Source: Podarcis vaucheri (taxonomy: Eukaryota). From it: 64,000 nucleotides of DNA. A program made the position numbers and the translations under genes. Location: NCBI GenBank assembly GCA_965113315.1, contig OZ220363.1. The stretch is one strand, 5' to 3'. The notes under the pieces were generated by a model. The model was not told the origin of the DNA. It worked only from the letters and a program-made list of their open reading frames with translations, and searched no databases. Every line of letters starts with the position of its first letter. The stretch's first letter is position 1. Of this stretch, positions 21,434-33,531 are shown piece after piece.

Positions 21434-24124
21434 ACACCAAGGCACATAGGTGAGGTGTGTGTGTGTGTGTGTGTTTGCAAAGTTCTGGTAATTTTTTTTA
21501 AAAAAATAAACATCTGCAGATGGAGCTCAAAGTACAAAGCAGCAGATGTGTATTGTAGAGAGCCCGTCTTTTATGCCCAGTCATTAGCACTATGCAGTGT
21601 TTTTCTTTTTTCTTCCAAATCCTTTATTATTTTATTCGCATAATATACATTCCTTACAACAAACAACTCCAAAATAAACAGACAACTCCAAAATAAAATC
21701 ATATGTAACAAAACCATAAGTCTCATGTTTTCATTTACACTGATCTCCTCTCCGATACCTTTACTTGATATTTCTTGCTGCTTGCTGCTTTTCTTATAGA
21801 ATCTTTATAAAATTTAAATCTCTTAAATCTTATACCAATCTTTAACAATTTCAATTAATCCCTTCACCTCCCTCCCCCACAGCCCAGTTCTTCCCTCCAC
21901 CTGTGTGCAATCTTCTTTACCTACTATTATTTTTGTTATTGTTGCGTTATTCACCTTATTTGTTTTTCCATTCTTAATATATTATCCTATCTCCTTGTGC
22001 CTTTTAAACTTTTGCATATTAATTATTAATTAATAATTAATTAAATAATAATTAATAATAATTAAACTTTTGCATATTAATTATTAAGCTCCAGCACTGA
22101 CTTTTTCCATTTATTCCTACTCTATTAACTTTTTTATTTGAGTAGTCTCTAATTGATGCTGTTAATTTTGCTATGTCCGCGAATTCATGAAATTCAAGAA
22201 ATTTGGTTCTCTATTCTAATAATTCTGGTATTTTATCAGTGTTTTCTGTTGCTCTGCAGAAAGCTCCAAGCCTTTGACTCAAAAAGATGAGTGCATAGGA
22301 ACCCGCCATTTACAGCCAGATGATTGGTCCATCCACCCCAGCATTGTCTACTTTGACCAGCAGTAGCCCTTGAGGATTTCAGGCAGATCTCTCTCTCAGC
22401 CTGCTTTGGAAGAGCTTTGGAAGTGGGATATGCCAGGAATTGAATCTGGGATCCTTGTGCATGCACTGACCTTTGGTCACTCAAATAAATTGTTCACTGT
22501 ACATTTGATAACTAGCAGCTGAATGTGTGAACTGACTCTCCATCAAAAAGCAGCACACTAGGCAGATTTCCGGGTGTCATATCTACAGTGGCTGATTCAC
22601 CCTTGCATGTCCCCATTTGATGCTAAAGTGAATGAATGTGGATTTGTGAACTGACCCAAAGCATACTCCCAACCTCTTTTTAGCCTTTGATGGGGCTTCT
22701 CGTGGAAGCAAGTGAAGCCATATTTTACAATGGCAGGCAAAAACAAGCCATTCAGAGTCACTAACCAGTTTGATCTGGATGGACAATGCTTTCCAACCAC
22801 AAGCGTGACAACAAAAATAAAGACCCTGAGCAGGGGCACAACCCAGTTAAAAGGGCCGTGGAGAAAGTTATGGGGTAAAGACTTCACTCTGGCAACCATT
22901 AATTCACCTTATTGCCATGAGTTTAAAGAACATCACATTTCACCTCCATTACAGGAGCTAAGAAGAGAATGGAAATAGACATGGGGTCCCTGTGGTTGAC
23001 TCAGGACTAAAGTGATCCCTGCATTGGGATTAGAAATAAAAATTCCAGCTTCCCCTTATAAAATATGGTGGCTACAAATGACCTTTTATCCTAGGTATGA
23101 CACATGTACCCCACTCTCACCAAGTGAGAAGCCAGTCCCTACAGCATCCAGACTGGAGATGGGAAGGCCTGGGGGGAAACAGGAAAAATGGGGGGGACCT
23201 GTCCCCCCCCCAATTTTTCCAGTTTTTTTCCAGGCCTTCCCATCTCTAATCCAGACACAATGTGAGAAAAATACTACCAGCAGTTGCACAATGTTTGCCA
23301 GATACTACAGAGAACCAGCTCATGACTTCAGTCATCCATAGCCACCTTGCAAGCTAAGTTCCATGATCAGCAGAAACAAGTGCTGCTTCTGGTTGAATTT
23401 ACCACTTCAGGTGGCAGAGGATAGTATTGTATGGCTGAATATAAAGAAAATTCCAAAGAGTAGAAAATGGGCATGCCTGCAAGAAGACTATGATAGAACC
23501 CTTCTCCCTGATAAGGTGTGTGTATGTATGTGTTTGTGGTGGTGAGGCTATGCATGGGAGAACATTCAAATGTGTAGTTTCTACATGCTGAAGTGCAAAG
23601 GCAACAGCAGCTGCTTCTCTTGAATGTGTATTTCAAATTCTCAGCTCTAATATTTTTCACTCAGTCATGCTCACCATCACTGCTAGTATTCTGTCCTAAT
23701 GGTTGGACTGTTCTGCTTGAAGCTTTTATCATGTCCATGTGGAACACCTAGCAAATGTTGGCTAAGGGTTACTGTAATGTAAATATATCAGAAAATGACA
23801 GTTGCGTAGAAAAGAAATGTCCTGAACTTATGAAAGATCTCCCCTAACCTGGCTTTAGTTTTTTATGTCTGTCACTGGAAGAATAATGGACCCCAACAAC
23901 AAAAGACCTCTGCAGTCAAATGCTCAGCACAAATTGTGTGTTGATAATATATTGCTTGTAATTATTTTTAGATGACTCTTTTGGGATGTCGCCATGTTTC
24001 TTTACAAAGACCTTGAAATGTAGTTTTAATATAAACTAAAATGCATTTAACAAATACCTGTCTTTTTACAAAATTCTCAGTGCAAATTCACAGCAATGCA
24101 CAAACAACTTGAGTATGCCGAGGT

Positions 24125-25096
24125 TCATGACAATACAATAAGGGCAGTTCTCTGTGTGTTCTTCAGACACGTGTTCTTTACTCGGCTGAGGACCTTTCCC
24201 AAGGCTTTTTTCACATCTTTGTTCCTGAGGGTATAGATGATGGGATTCAGCACTGGGGTGATGACAGTATAGAACACAGATACCACTTTTTCCAGTTCAG
24301 AAGTCTGACCGGAATGTGGACAGAGGTACATGAAGATGACAGTGCTGTAGAAGATGGTGACCACCGTGAGATGGCTGGCACATGTGGAAAAGGTCTTGTG
24401 CCTTCCAGAAGCAGATGGGAGATCCAAGATGGTAGAAACAATCAGGGCATAAGAAGTCAAAGTCAGGAGAAAGGACACAAGCACAATCACTGCAGAGACA
24501 AGAAAGACCATTGTGTCAGCCATGAAGGTGTCTCCAGTCGATAAGTTAATTAAGGGGCTCGTGTCACAGAAGAAGTGGTTGATCTGGTTGCTGCCATTGA
24601 AGGGGAGCTGGGAGATGAAGGCTATGGGCAAGAAGGGGGTCAGGAAGCCTCCCAGCCAGCAACTGCAGGCTAGGCAAGCACAGACACAGCTGTTCATGAG
24701 CACAGGATACTGCAGTGGCTGGCATATGGCTAAATACCTGTCATAGGCCATAATAGCCAAGAGGAAAAATTCTGTGGTACCAAGCGAGAAGAAGAAATAC
24801 ATCTGGGTGATGCAAGCCTGCAAGGAGATGGCTTGGGGGCCTTTGAGAAAGTCCCCCAGCAGCCGGGGAACTGTGACTGAGGTGTAGCACATCTCTAGGA
24901 ATGAGAAATTGCTCAGGAAGAAGTACATGGGGACATGTAGAGCCACATCCATATTTGAGAGGAGAATGATCAAGGCATTGCCAAGGAGAATGAAGAGGTA
25001 GACTACCAAGAAACTGAAGAACAACAGGATCTGGAACTCCTGGAATCCAGAGAAGCCCAGTAGGATGAATTCAGGGGCCGAGGTGTTGTTCAGCAT
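24125..25096 (-). CDS. Olfactory receptor, class II family 6/11-like, 323 aa
   Basis: The likely start is MLNNTSAPEFILLGF (N-glycosylation site). Motifs LHVPMYFFL, MAYDRYLAIC, HFFCD, KTFSTCASHL and PVLNPIIYTLRN are present and the frame is intact. Confidence 0.92.
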   Translation of the reverse strand: MLNNTSAPEFILLGFSGFQEFQILLFFSFLVVYLFILLGNALIILLSNMDVALHVPMYFFLSNFSFLEMCYTSVTVPRLLGDFLKGPQAISLQACITQMYFFFSLGTTEFFLLAIMAYDRYLAICQPLQYPVLMNSCVCACLACSCWLGGFLTPFLPIAFISQLPFNGSNQINHFFCDTSPLINLSTGDTFMADTMVFLVSAVIVLVSFLLTLTSYALIVSTILDLPSASGRHKTFSTCASHLTVVTIFYSTVIFMYLCPHSGQTSELEKVVSVFYTVITPVLNPIIYTLRNKDVKKALGKVLSRVKNTCLKNTQRTALIVLS

Positions 25097-25654
25097 AGTC
25101 TTGGTGTTGCATGTACAGCCAGCATCAAAAACAGGAGGAGGGGGAGAGAAACAGACAAAGATGTGTTGGTGATAAAGAGTTACCAAATGGAAAATCCCAA
25201 CATTTGCTGTTCTAATGACCAGATCAAGGACACCTGAGTCCACTTTCATTATCTTTGGTTTGAACAAAGCCATAATTCTGTCTCATGATGATACAAGTAA
25301 GTTTCAAGTTTCATTCATAGACATTTGCATATAATGAAGTCAACCCGATTTGGCTTTTTGGTCATTTAAGATGTGTAACGGACATTGTATATTTTTTCCA
25401 AAATCACAATTCACCATATGATTGACATTTTTCCAAGGATGGGTTAAGCCTGGTTGTAGTGACTCACAAAGTGGACAAGTGTTGAATCATTCACAAAACC
25501 TATTCAACAGCATTTTGAAACCACCAGGATATAGTTATGTGAATCACCTTCTGAGATTGGTTCAACAATTCAAAATCTTACTTTGGTGGAACCCAAGTTC
25601 CACCAATAGGCACGACTCAATCAAGCCTCTATCTCCAACCTCTTAGTTGGAGTA

Positions 25655-25903
25655 TTGGATTTGGATTTTGGATTTGATATCCCGCTTTATCACTACCCGA
25701 AGGAGTCTCAAAGCAGCTAACATTCTCCTTTCCCTTCCTCTCCCACAACAAACACTCTGTGAGGTGAGTGGGGCTGAGAGACTTCAAAGAACTGTGACTA
25801 GCCCAAGGTCACCCAGCAGCTGCATGTGGAGGAGCGGAGACGCGAACCCGGTTCCCCAGATTACTAGTCTATCGCTCTTAACCACTACACCACACTGGCT
25901 CTC
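25655..25903 (-). mobile_element. tRNA/CORE-type SINE with L2-like tail
   Basis: A/B boxes on minus (gtggtgtagtggttaa, gggttcgcgtctcc), central cccaaggtcacccagc, and a (tggatt)n tail on +. Confidence 0.8.
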
Positions 25904-28198
25904 TGGTATTAGCATGGTAGCAGTGGAAGTTGCCTTATATTGAGTCAGACCATCTTCCCATCAAGCTCAGTTTTGTCTACACTGACTGGAAGTGGTTCTT
26001 CAGAGTTTCAGGAAGGATTATCTTGCAGCCCTACTTGGAGATACTGGGGAAAGAAACTCCTATTGCTCCTTGTTGAACAGAAATTATTCCTTCCCTAGTC
26101 TTGACATTTGATTTCAAGTTGAAAGACTTCACAGAGAGAACTTAACCTCCTGCCCCTCGTGTCTTGAAGAATCAAAGCATAAACAAAATATAAAAAGGTA
26201 CCAAATTCTTTTCCGTGTATATAACATAAACTACATTGATAAAAGTATGAGACAAAACAAAACAATATTAATCAGAAAACTAAAAAGAAGATGGGACACC
26301 AGTTAAAATTCCATTGCAACTGCTCAATTATTTATTCATTTGTTTGTTTTTCCAATTTTATGTTTTCAGCTGTCTTTGGAAGGAGAGAGAAAATCCAACA
26401 CCTGAGGAGAGTTTATGCTTTTGCTCCTAGGGACCCTTAATTATATTTTTCTTTAGCCTAAGAAAGACAGAAAAATATGAGGCTAAAGAAATTTAAATGT
26501 GGCATTAGTCAACAGAATTGTGTAAAAGACCCTGGGTGGAGTGTAAGAAAAATCTGGGACAGCACATACTTTTAAAACAATATATACTCTATAAAGAAAA
26601 CCAGGAGGGATAACTCTGATAAGCAACAAATAGCGTAGTTGCCTTTTGTTCATGCCACACTATGGGCAACATTTAATGGGAATTAGTTCTTGTACAATCC
26701 ATAAAAACTACAAATTAAGTTAATTAAGATTCACTTAATATTCAGATAGTTAAAAGTTGGAGTCGTCACTCATTTTCTTGGAGACTTTATTTGGGAGAGG
26801 ACCATAGCTTGGTGACAGAGCACATGCTGTGCATGTAGAAGTCTAGGGCTCAATTTCTGACATCTGGGAACAACTCCTGCCTGAAACCCACTGCCAGTCA
26901 GCAAAAACAATATTGAGCTACATGAACTCATAATTTGATTCATTATAAAGGCAACTTCCTGTTTTGCTCAGCAAAGCACACTGCCACAACCCAAAGCAGA
27001 ATCAAGCCCATTAAATAATATTTGTAGATGCGCTTAACTCTGTAAGATTGTGAACAGAAAAACAAATATTCCAGTGTCACACTCAGTGGGGATCTAAACA
27101 CAATATGTAATTTTGTTAAAGGAATGCAAATGAGAAGGGGGATCAAATCATCTTAAAGATGGAACCCTGTACATCAATTTAGAAGTCAATCCAACTCCAT
27201 CTTCTGTATTAATCCATGCTTGATTCAATGGCTAACCTTTCCAGAACAAATGCAAGCAGATTCTTCTATGTTATACAGTGCACACTTACACCATATTTTG
27301 TTCTGATCTTCTGAATCAAAGAAAGAACATAAGCCTGGAATGCCAAATGAAAGTGAAATTCAAATGATACAAACAAAAGTTGATAACAGCATTCTGCTGC
27401 TGAAGCACATTACACATGTGTTCCTAATACACATGCTTATTCCTATAGCATTTGTTTTCAGAAATTGTCTTTGGTTTTGTCAATTACCAGGAGTGGTATT
27501 GGGAGCTAACCAATTTCTGCAGGTAGATACAGGCTTGGGTAGCCATGGGAAAGGACAGAAAAAATGTTAACTTCCCTGCCTTTCAGGCAAACCGTTTTTG
27601 GGTGTCATGGAAGCAGCGTAAATTATTAGGCTTTTAATTTTTTGTCATTGTATTTTCACTCCCAGGAAAACCAGTCTTGGGTGCTATGTACACTTGACTT
27701 TACATGGGGGAAGTGTTTGCATGTTTCTGCCTCCCACAGCAAAATGCCTTGAACAGGCTCTGATAAGAATGCAAGAAAACTAAGCTTGTGTGATGATCTC
27801 ATAGCAAACTGGGATCAGAGAAGAGAGAATACCTACCTTAAATCACAGGGCCAATCTTGCAGTCACTGAGATGTAGCCTCTGTAGATATAAAGCACAAAA
27901 CCCCTTTCTCTACTTACCAGCGGAGCTGACTTCAGGTCAAGGAATCAGTCAAAATGGTTTTTCTCCCGTTTTACTGCAGTGTTTGCATACAGAGAAGTAT
28001 TCTGCTTACAGCCTCCATGAACCCGATCCTTAAGTAGAATCAGGATCTAGCTTGACACAAACTGGCCCACTCAGCTTTTCTTTTCTAACTGCTCAGAGCA
28101 TCAGTCACACGCCACAAATTACAACCACCAAGACCTGACTATGCATAGCTATGCCTTTGGCCATCTCAGCAGGCAAACTGAACAGGGGAGCTGCTGGC

Positions 28199-28295
28199 TT
28201 TATATAAGCTCAGCTGGGGGGCCAAGAGATTCACACTTTGCTCCTTATGGGTGAAAGATTCACAGCCCAATTATCCCTTGATGAGCTACTTGGAA
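28199..28295 (-). promoter_or_regulatory. Candidate promoter of the OR at 24125-25096 (TATA plus homeodomain/O-E sites)
   Basis: TATATAAA on minus at 28199-28206; TAATTG abutting an O/E-like tcaaggga at 28268-28281; consensus donors downstream at 27917 (gtaagt) and 27836 (gtaggt). Confidence 0.4.
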
Positions 28296-28691
28296 AACAG
28301 ATCAGGCGTTCAAGTATACAAAATTCTGGCGTAGAGAGACCTCACTTTATAAGGGCACCTGAGGCCTTTGAATCCTCTTGAGAGAGTGACATTTCCATAG
28401 AGACTGATCCAGATGATTGGCTGCTGCACCTACACAACTCTGGTATTCAACAGACAAACTGCAGCCCAGTGGGATCCCACTGTGGAAAGCGGTTCTCCTG
28501 CAGCAGCAGATGTCTGTATGGGTGGAAAGGGGCATGCAGGGAAGCCAGAAACTGGTTATCTTCCAACTCCTCACTAGGCCCACTGTCAATGCATTCATAT
28601 GTATAATAAATGCAGACTACACCAGCAAGATGAGCAATAGCTAGTTTAACTTCTTGGTTCCTGTTACAGTTTTTAGCATACCTTTGCCTTT

Positions 28692-28710
28692 TGGCCACTA
28701 GGTGGCAACC
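28692..28710 (+). promoter_or_regulatory. CTCF-like motif
   Basis: tggccactaggtggcaacc fits the CCACYAGRKGGC core. Confidence 0.5.
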
Positions 28711-28910
28711 ACATAAATATTACAAGATGATCTGCAAACCTTCTCAGTCCTCCATAATCAGCCTGGGGTGACCCTAATGAAGAGGCTGGTCTTGCCTGTC
28801 TTAAGGACAAACCATCAGGGGCGAGGCCTTCTGTTATAGGCCTTGTGTGCAAGCTCCCCTGAAGGCTGCAAACATGCAGGGAAATTCCTGTGGGGAGAAT
28901 TAAATAGGTC

Positions 28911-29053
28911 TTAGAATTGTAGAAATGTAGAGTTGGAAAGAACCATGAAGGTCATCTTGTTCCACCCCCTGCAATGCAGGGAGCTTTTGCCCAAGTTGGG
29001 CTCAAACTTAAGACCCCGAGATTAAGAGAGTCGTGCTCTACGGACTAAGCTAT
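28911..29053 (-). mobile_element. Short tRNA-derived SINE with CR1-type tail
   Basis: Reverse complement of the family at 1337-1469. Confidence 0.65.
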
Positions 29054-31857
29054 ATGAATCCTTGTGCCCACATGTGTGGGTGAGCAACAAAAGAAACCAG
29101 CTGGGTTCATGAATTCAAAATGTGGGGCAACGTGCACTCTCCTACAGAGAGCGCGCCCCAGTAGCAGAGTTAAGCTGTAGTATAATGTTAGGAATATAGG
29201 TTGTTGCACCATTTTTATTCTGTTCAGCTGCACACAGCAGCTGGCCACGTTCTACTCCTCCTGCAATCAGCAGACTACACACTGCTGAGTAAGTTTAAAA
29301 TGCCTTACTTACAGATTCAAGGTCTTAATCATGCATTGTACCAAGCAGCAGCAAGGCTAATACAGGCATATAACACTCTTAGGTAGAAAGTACAGAATAG
29401 TGTTCCAGGCATGTGCTGCAAGTTTGGGAGCAAGCTTACATATGTCCATATTGTTGCATGATAGACTGACTTTACTTCCTCCCTCTCCAGAAGAGAGGGG
29501 TGTGTGACCTAGCCGAGTCTATTTAGCAATATAACTCTGTGGTCCTTTACCCCTTCATGCACTAACTAGCCCTATGCTTACTAGTTGTATTTTTTTGCAA
29601 TTTCCTACCCATCCTGAATGCTGCATACCATGGCTGCCCTTCCGCAGGATGGACAAATAGAGGTTGTTCCAGTCTCTTTCCACTCCACAACCCACCCACC
29701 CTACTCTATGCAGGTGCTGGCACGCATTGGAGGGCCCTTAGTGAAGTTATCTTCTTCCTATGCTCCTTTCCTCTTTCTACACAGCGATCATCACAGTGAT
29801 AAACTCCAGGACCTTCTTTACTGAAGAAACAAAAGCTTAACAAGTCCCCTGAGTAATAATCTGGGTTCTGAGTAATAATCATCCAAGTAATCATCTGGAG
29901 ATATGCCCCCATCCCATTTTCAATTCTGAGATGTGGAAAGGGGGTAAATTGTCCTGTTCTCTCTCTTTCAGTGAATTGAAATAAATTAGACACAACCTCT
30001 GTAGTTTTATGCATGAGATTTTCTGATATAACAATACCACCACACTGTGGCCCGATTACCTTGGTGGTCTTAGTTCTGATCATGCTTTGGGTAGCTTGAA
30101 AGTCATGGAAATGGAACAACAGAGTGAAGGAGGAATATGGCTCACTGATTTACACAAGCTCACTGATTTACACTGATTTACATAAATTTCCAAAAAGAAA
30201 ATGTTCCTGATGTGAAAGGATATTGATATGAGAAAGTGGATAGCTCAAAGTTGGTTCTTCTTTTTTTTTAAGGGGAAAAAGGAAGGCAGGGATCTACCTA
30301 AGTAATTCTGCAATAAATATTTATATTTTCACAGACTTTTGAAAACAGTAACAAAGACCATAAAGCACTTTCTGAACTGCTTTGTGTATTATTCCTTACA
30401 GGCGCTATCCAATATAGAGGTTTATACTTTTAATATTTGCTTTTTATGTCGTTACACACATTAATCATCCATCCATGCATGCATGCAGCAGTAATACAGG
30501 CGGGGAATCATGTAACAAAAAACAATATGCATAGGAGTATTGCGCCAGAGGGTATATGATAAAAAGGGCCACAAGTTCATGATAAAACACAGGACACAGG
30601 ACAACAGTCAGATATTAAAATAATAGGTGCCTTGGTGATAAGTCCAGCCAAAATGTTCTGTAGGAATCCAGAGGTTTAATGAAACCTCCCCGACTAATCA
30701 CATAATGCAAAAAAAGGAGCCAAATTGTTGCAAAATTGTCACTCTTTGCTTCTCCTCTAAGAGCACAATGGCTTTGTGTTAATTTTCCAGCTAGCGCCAT
30801 GAACCGTCCTGAAATCTACTGAGGAAGAGCGGTATAATTTTTTTTAAAAAAATAAAAGAACCACATCTCCCCCCACCAACACCTTACAATCAACTTGGTG
30901 AACAATTCCCAGTCCTGTGGCAGCTGGTAGAAAATGAATTATATCTTTGCATGACAGCCCAGATGTAGACTTTGAGCCCTGGGTCCAAAAAAACCCACCT
31001 ATCTGGTTTAGAATAGCAGTAATGTCTTGAAAGATTCTTTGCCAGAATACTTGTATCCTGGAACATGGCCATCACATATGAAACTCTGTGCCCAAATGGT
31101 CACATTCACACCAACACAATAGATTCAAAGTGGTGTTTTATACTTGTTTTATTTGCTTTTTGGTAAGTCAATTTGAGTTTCAATTTTGTAAAAAAACAGT
31201 TAGGGCCAGCCCACCCATTAGGCAAGTTGAGGTGACCCCCTGAGGCAACAGGATCCACCTGGGCAGCAGATCCCAGTGTTGATATTTCTTCCCCACTTGT
31301 TCCTGATGTAGATCCTCCTTCACTCCTCCTTCCCTGGCAGGGAGGGGGACCACCATTTGGGGGCCTGCCTCAGGTGCCAAAATATTTTGGGCCAGCCCTG
31401 TAACTAATAAATATAATAAATAATGGGTGCTTCGTGTCACATCAATATGTACACACATGTATCACTGCAGCAGTGGTTTTTCTTTTCCAGGGCACTGCTT
31501 CACACAAAAATGTAATCATAATTAATACACTTTTGATGGTACTATTCCTGTAGAATCCGCAGTGAAAGTTCTCTATGCTCCTGGGGCATTCCATCTGGAT
31601 TTTCACATATTTGGTGGATCCAGGTACCTAAAAGGTCAGGACCTTTTAGATCTGCAGTGGAACTATTACTTCATTGAGAAAGAGGACATCCACCCAAGTA
31701 TCATTTTTAGAGCGGATTACTGAATCCTAGGAGGTAATTTTTAATGAAGCATTTATCCAAATTTGATCCCACTTACGTTCTTCAATCTGACATTTGAAGT
31801 CACCCTCCCAGGATATCCTAAGACCTTAGGAGGAGCCCATTGCCTGGCTTGTAAATA

Positions 31858-32075
31858 CAGTGGTACCTCGGGTTATAGACTCTTCAGCTTACAGATTCCG
31901 CTAACTCTGAAGTAGTACCTCGGGTTAAGAACTTTGCTTCAGGATGAGAACAGAAATCGTGCTCCAGCAGCAGCAGGAGGCCCCATTAGCTAAAGTGGTA
32001 CCTCAGGTTAAGAACAGTTTCAGGTTAAGAACGGACCTCCAGAATGAATTAAATTATTAATCCGAGGTACCACTG
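31858..32075. mobile_element. Tc1/mariner (Tigger-like) MITE
   Basis: TIR cagtggtacctcgg / ccgaggtaccactg with a TA TSD on both sides. Confidence 0.88.
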
Positions 32076-33525
32076 TATTGGATATCAAGCCTTTAGAATT
32101 CAGATATTTGAGCAGTTAAGGATCCGAAAGTTTAGAGAACACAAACAATCCCCCTGACAAGCTAAAGATTTAGCAAATGTTGTAAACTGAATTAACAGAA
32201 TACATTTATGTGCTATGTTTCCAATTATTTAGGAGGTATATTGTGAAGTGGGCAAACAAACCAGCCCTCTCATGTTAAAAGTTCTCATCTCCACTACAGA
32301 AACGGCAAGCTAGCTTAGTTTCTTAATTGCCTTTTCGTGCCATCATAGGTTTGTTGCTTTTGATCTCAAACCTCTGCCTCCCCCCCCCCCCATGCTTGCA
32401 AGAGATGGCAAATGTTGGCAAAACTCATGTTTTCATCTTTTGAAGAACTAAACAAAACTCCAGTTCATTGTTTTTATTTGCACGAGGCTTCTCTTTCTCA
32501 GTGTTTTTCATGTTCATATTATCCACCAAAGTTGCAGCATCTGTTGTGTGTGGGGGGGGGGGAGAATGGTGGCAAGGGAGGAAACTCTGGTTTTCAGAAG
32601 CTTGGACCTTCCATTGCATTTCATGGCAAGTGGGCAGTCAGTGGGCTTTCTCTAGTGATCCTGCAATACTGCTGCCCCTTCAGTTTCTATTATTAGGGGC
32701 AGCAAGAATGTCAATAGCCAGTCAATGGAAATATTATTCATCTCCTTTGGTTGTTTGGCTTGGTAGTCTGAGGTATAGCTCGGAGTATCTCACATATTTA
32801 AAAAAGTTAAGTAGGGGAGGATCTAAATCAGATCATTTTTATGCTATTTGAGCTAAATTTCTGACATACATGAATACAACTAGAAACAGAACATAGACCA
32901 TTAATGGTCCAATTAAGTTTGTGGAAAAGATATATTTTAGAATACTGAGATAAAGTGATTTCTTGATGTTGTTGCTTGTGATGATAAAATATGCATGAAT
33001 TAATATAAGGTATTATTTTCCATTTTCTTCCCTTCCCTGTAATCCATCCTAGTATTTCTCCTTCCTCCGCCCTTTGAATCAGTATGTTTGATGTTACAGT
33101 ACTTGTATTTTGTCTTTAATTTAAAAATTAATAGTTTATTTTTTTAAAAAAAACAAACCTCCTAACTCTTGGCTCAGAGGGAAGAAGAACAAGGCACTTT
33201 CAAAACAAGAAATCGTCCTACTGACAAGTTTACTGGGTAGGTTTAAAAGTTTAGTTTGTTGCAATGTAGATGGAGGTGGACGATTGCCACCATGCTGTGG
33301 ATGGTCTGTGTAAAATCTTCACTGGGAAGACATTTCAGGGTCTCTGGTTCACTTTATAGCTACAATTCACCTGAAGAAGCCTGTCTGACTCTTGCCAAGT
33401 GAATCCAGTCTGATTTGGTGAATATTCAGGGATATTTATCTGCAGCACATATGAAGACAACAAATGACAGGCTCAACAATATTTGGAGAAGGCAATTCCA
33501 TTTTAACAAATACACACTTTAAAAC

Positions 33526-33531
33526 TTTATT
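33526..33531 (-). terminator. CTNND1: Likely CTNND1 polyadenylation signal AATAAA
   Basis: tttatt on +, at the end of an approximately 2.1-kb stretch downstream of the stop with no recognisable transposon. Confidence 0.6.

Noticed and set aside
25097-25273. 59-aa N-terminal extension of the OR ORF
   Set aside because: It crosses a polypyrimidine tract. The canonical OR start is MLNNTS.
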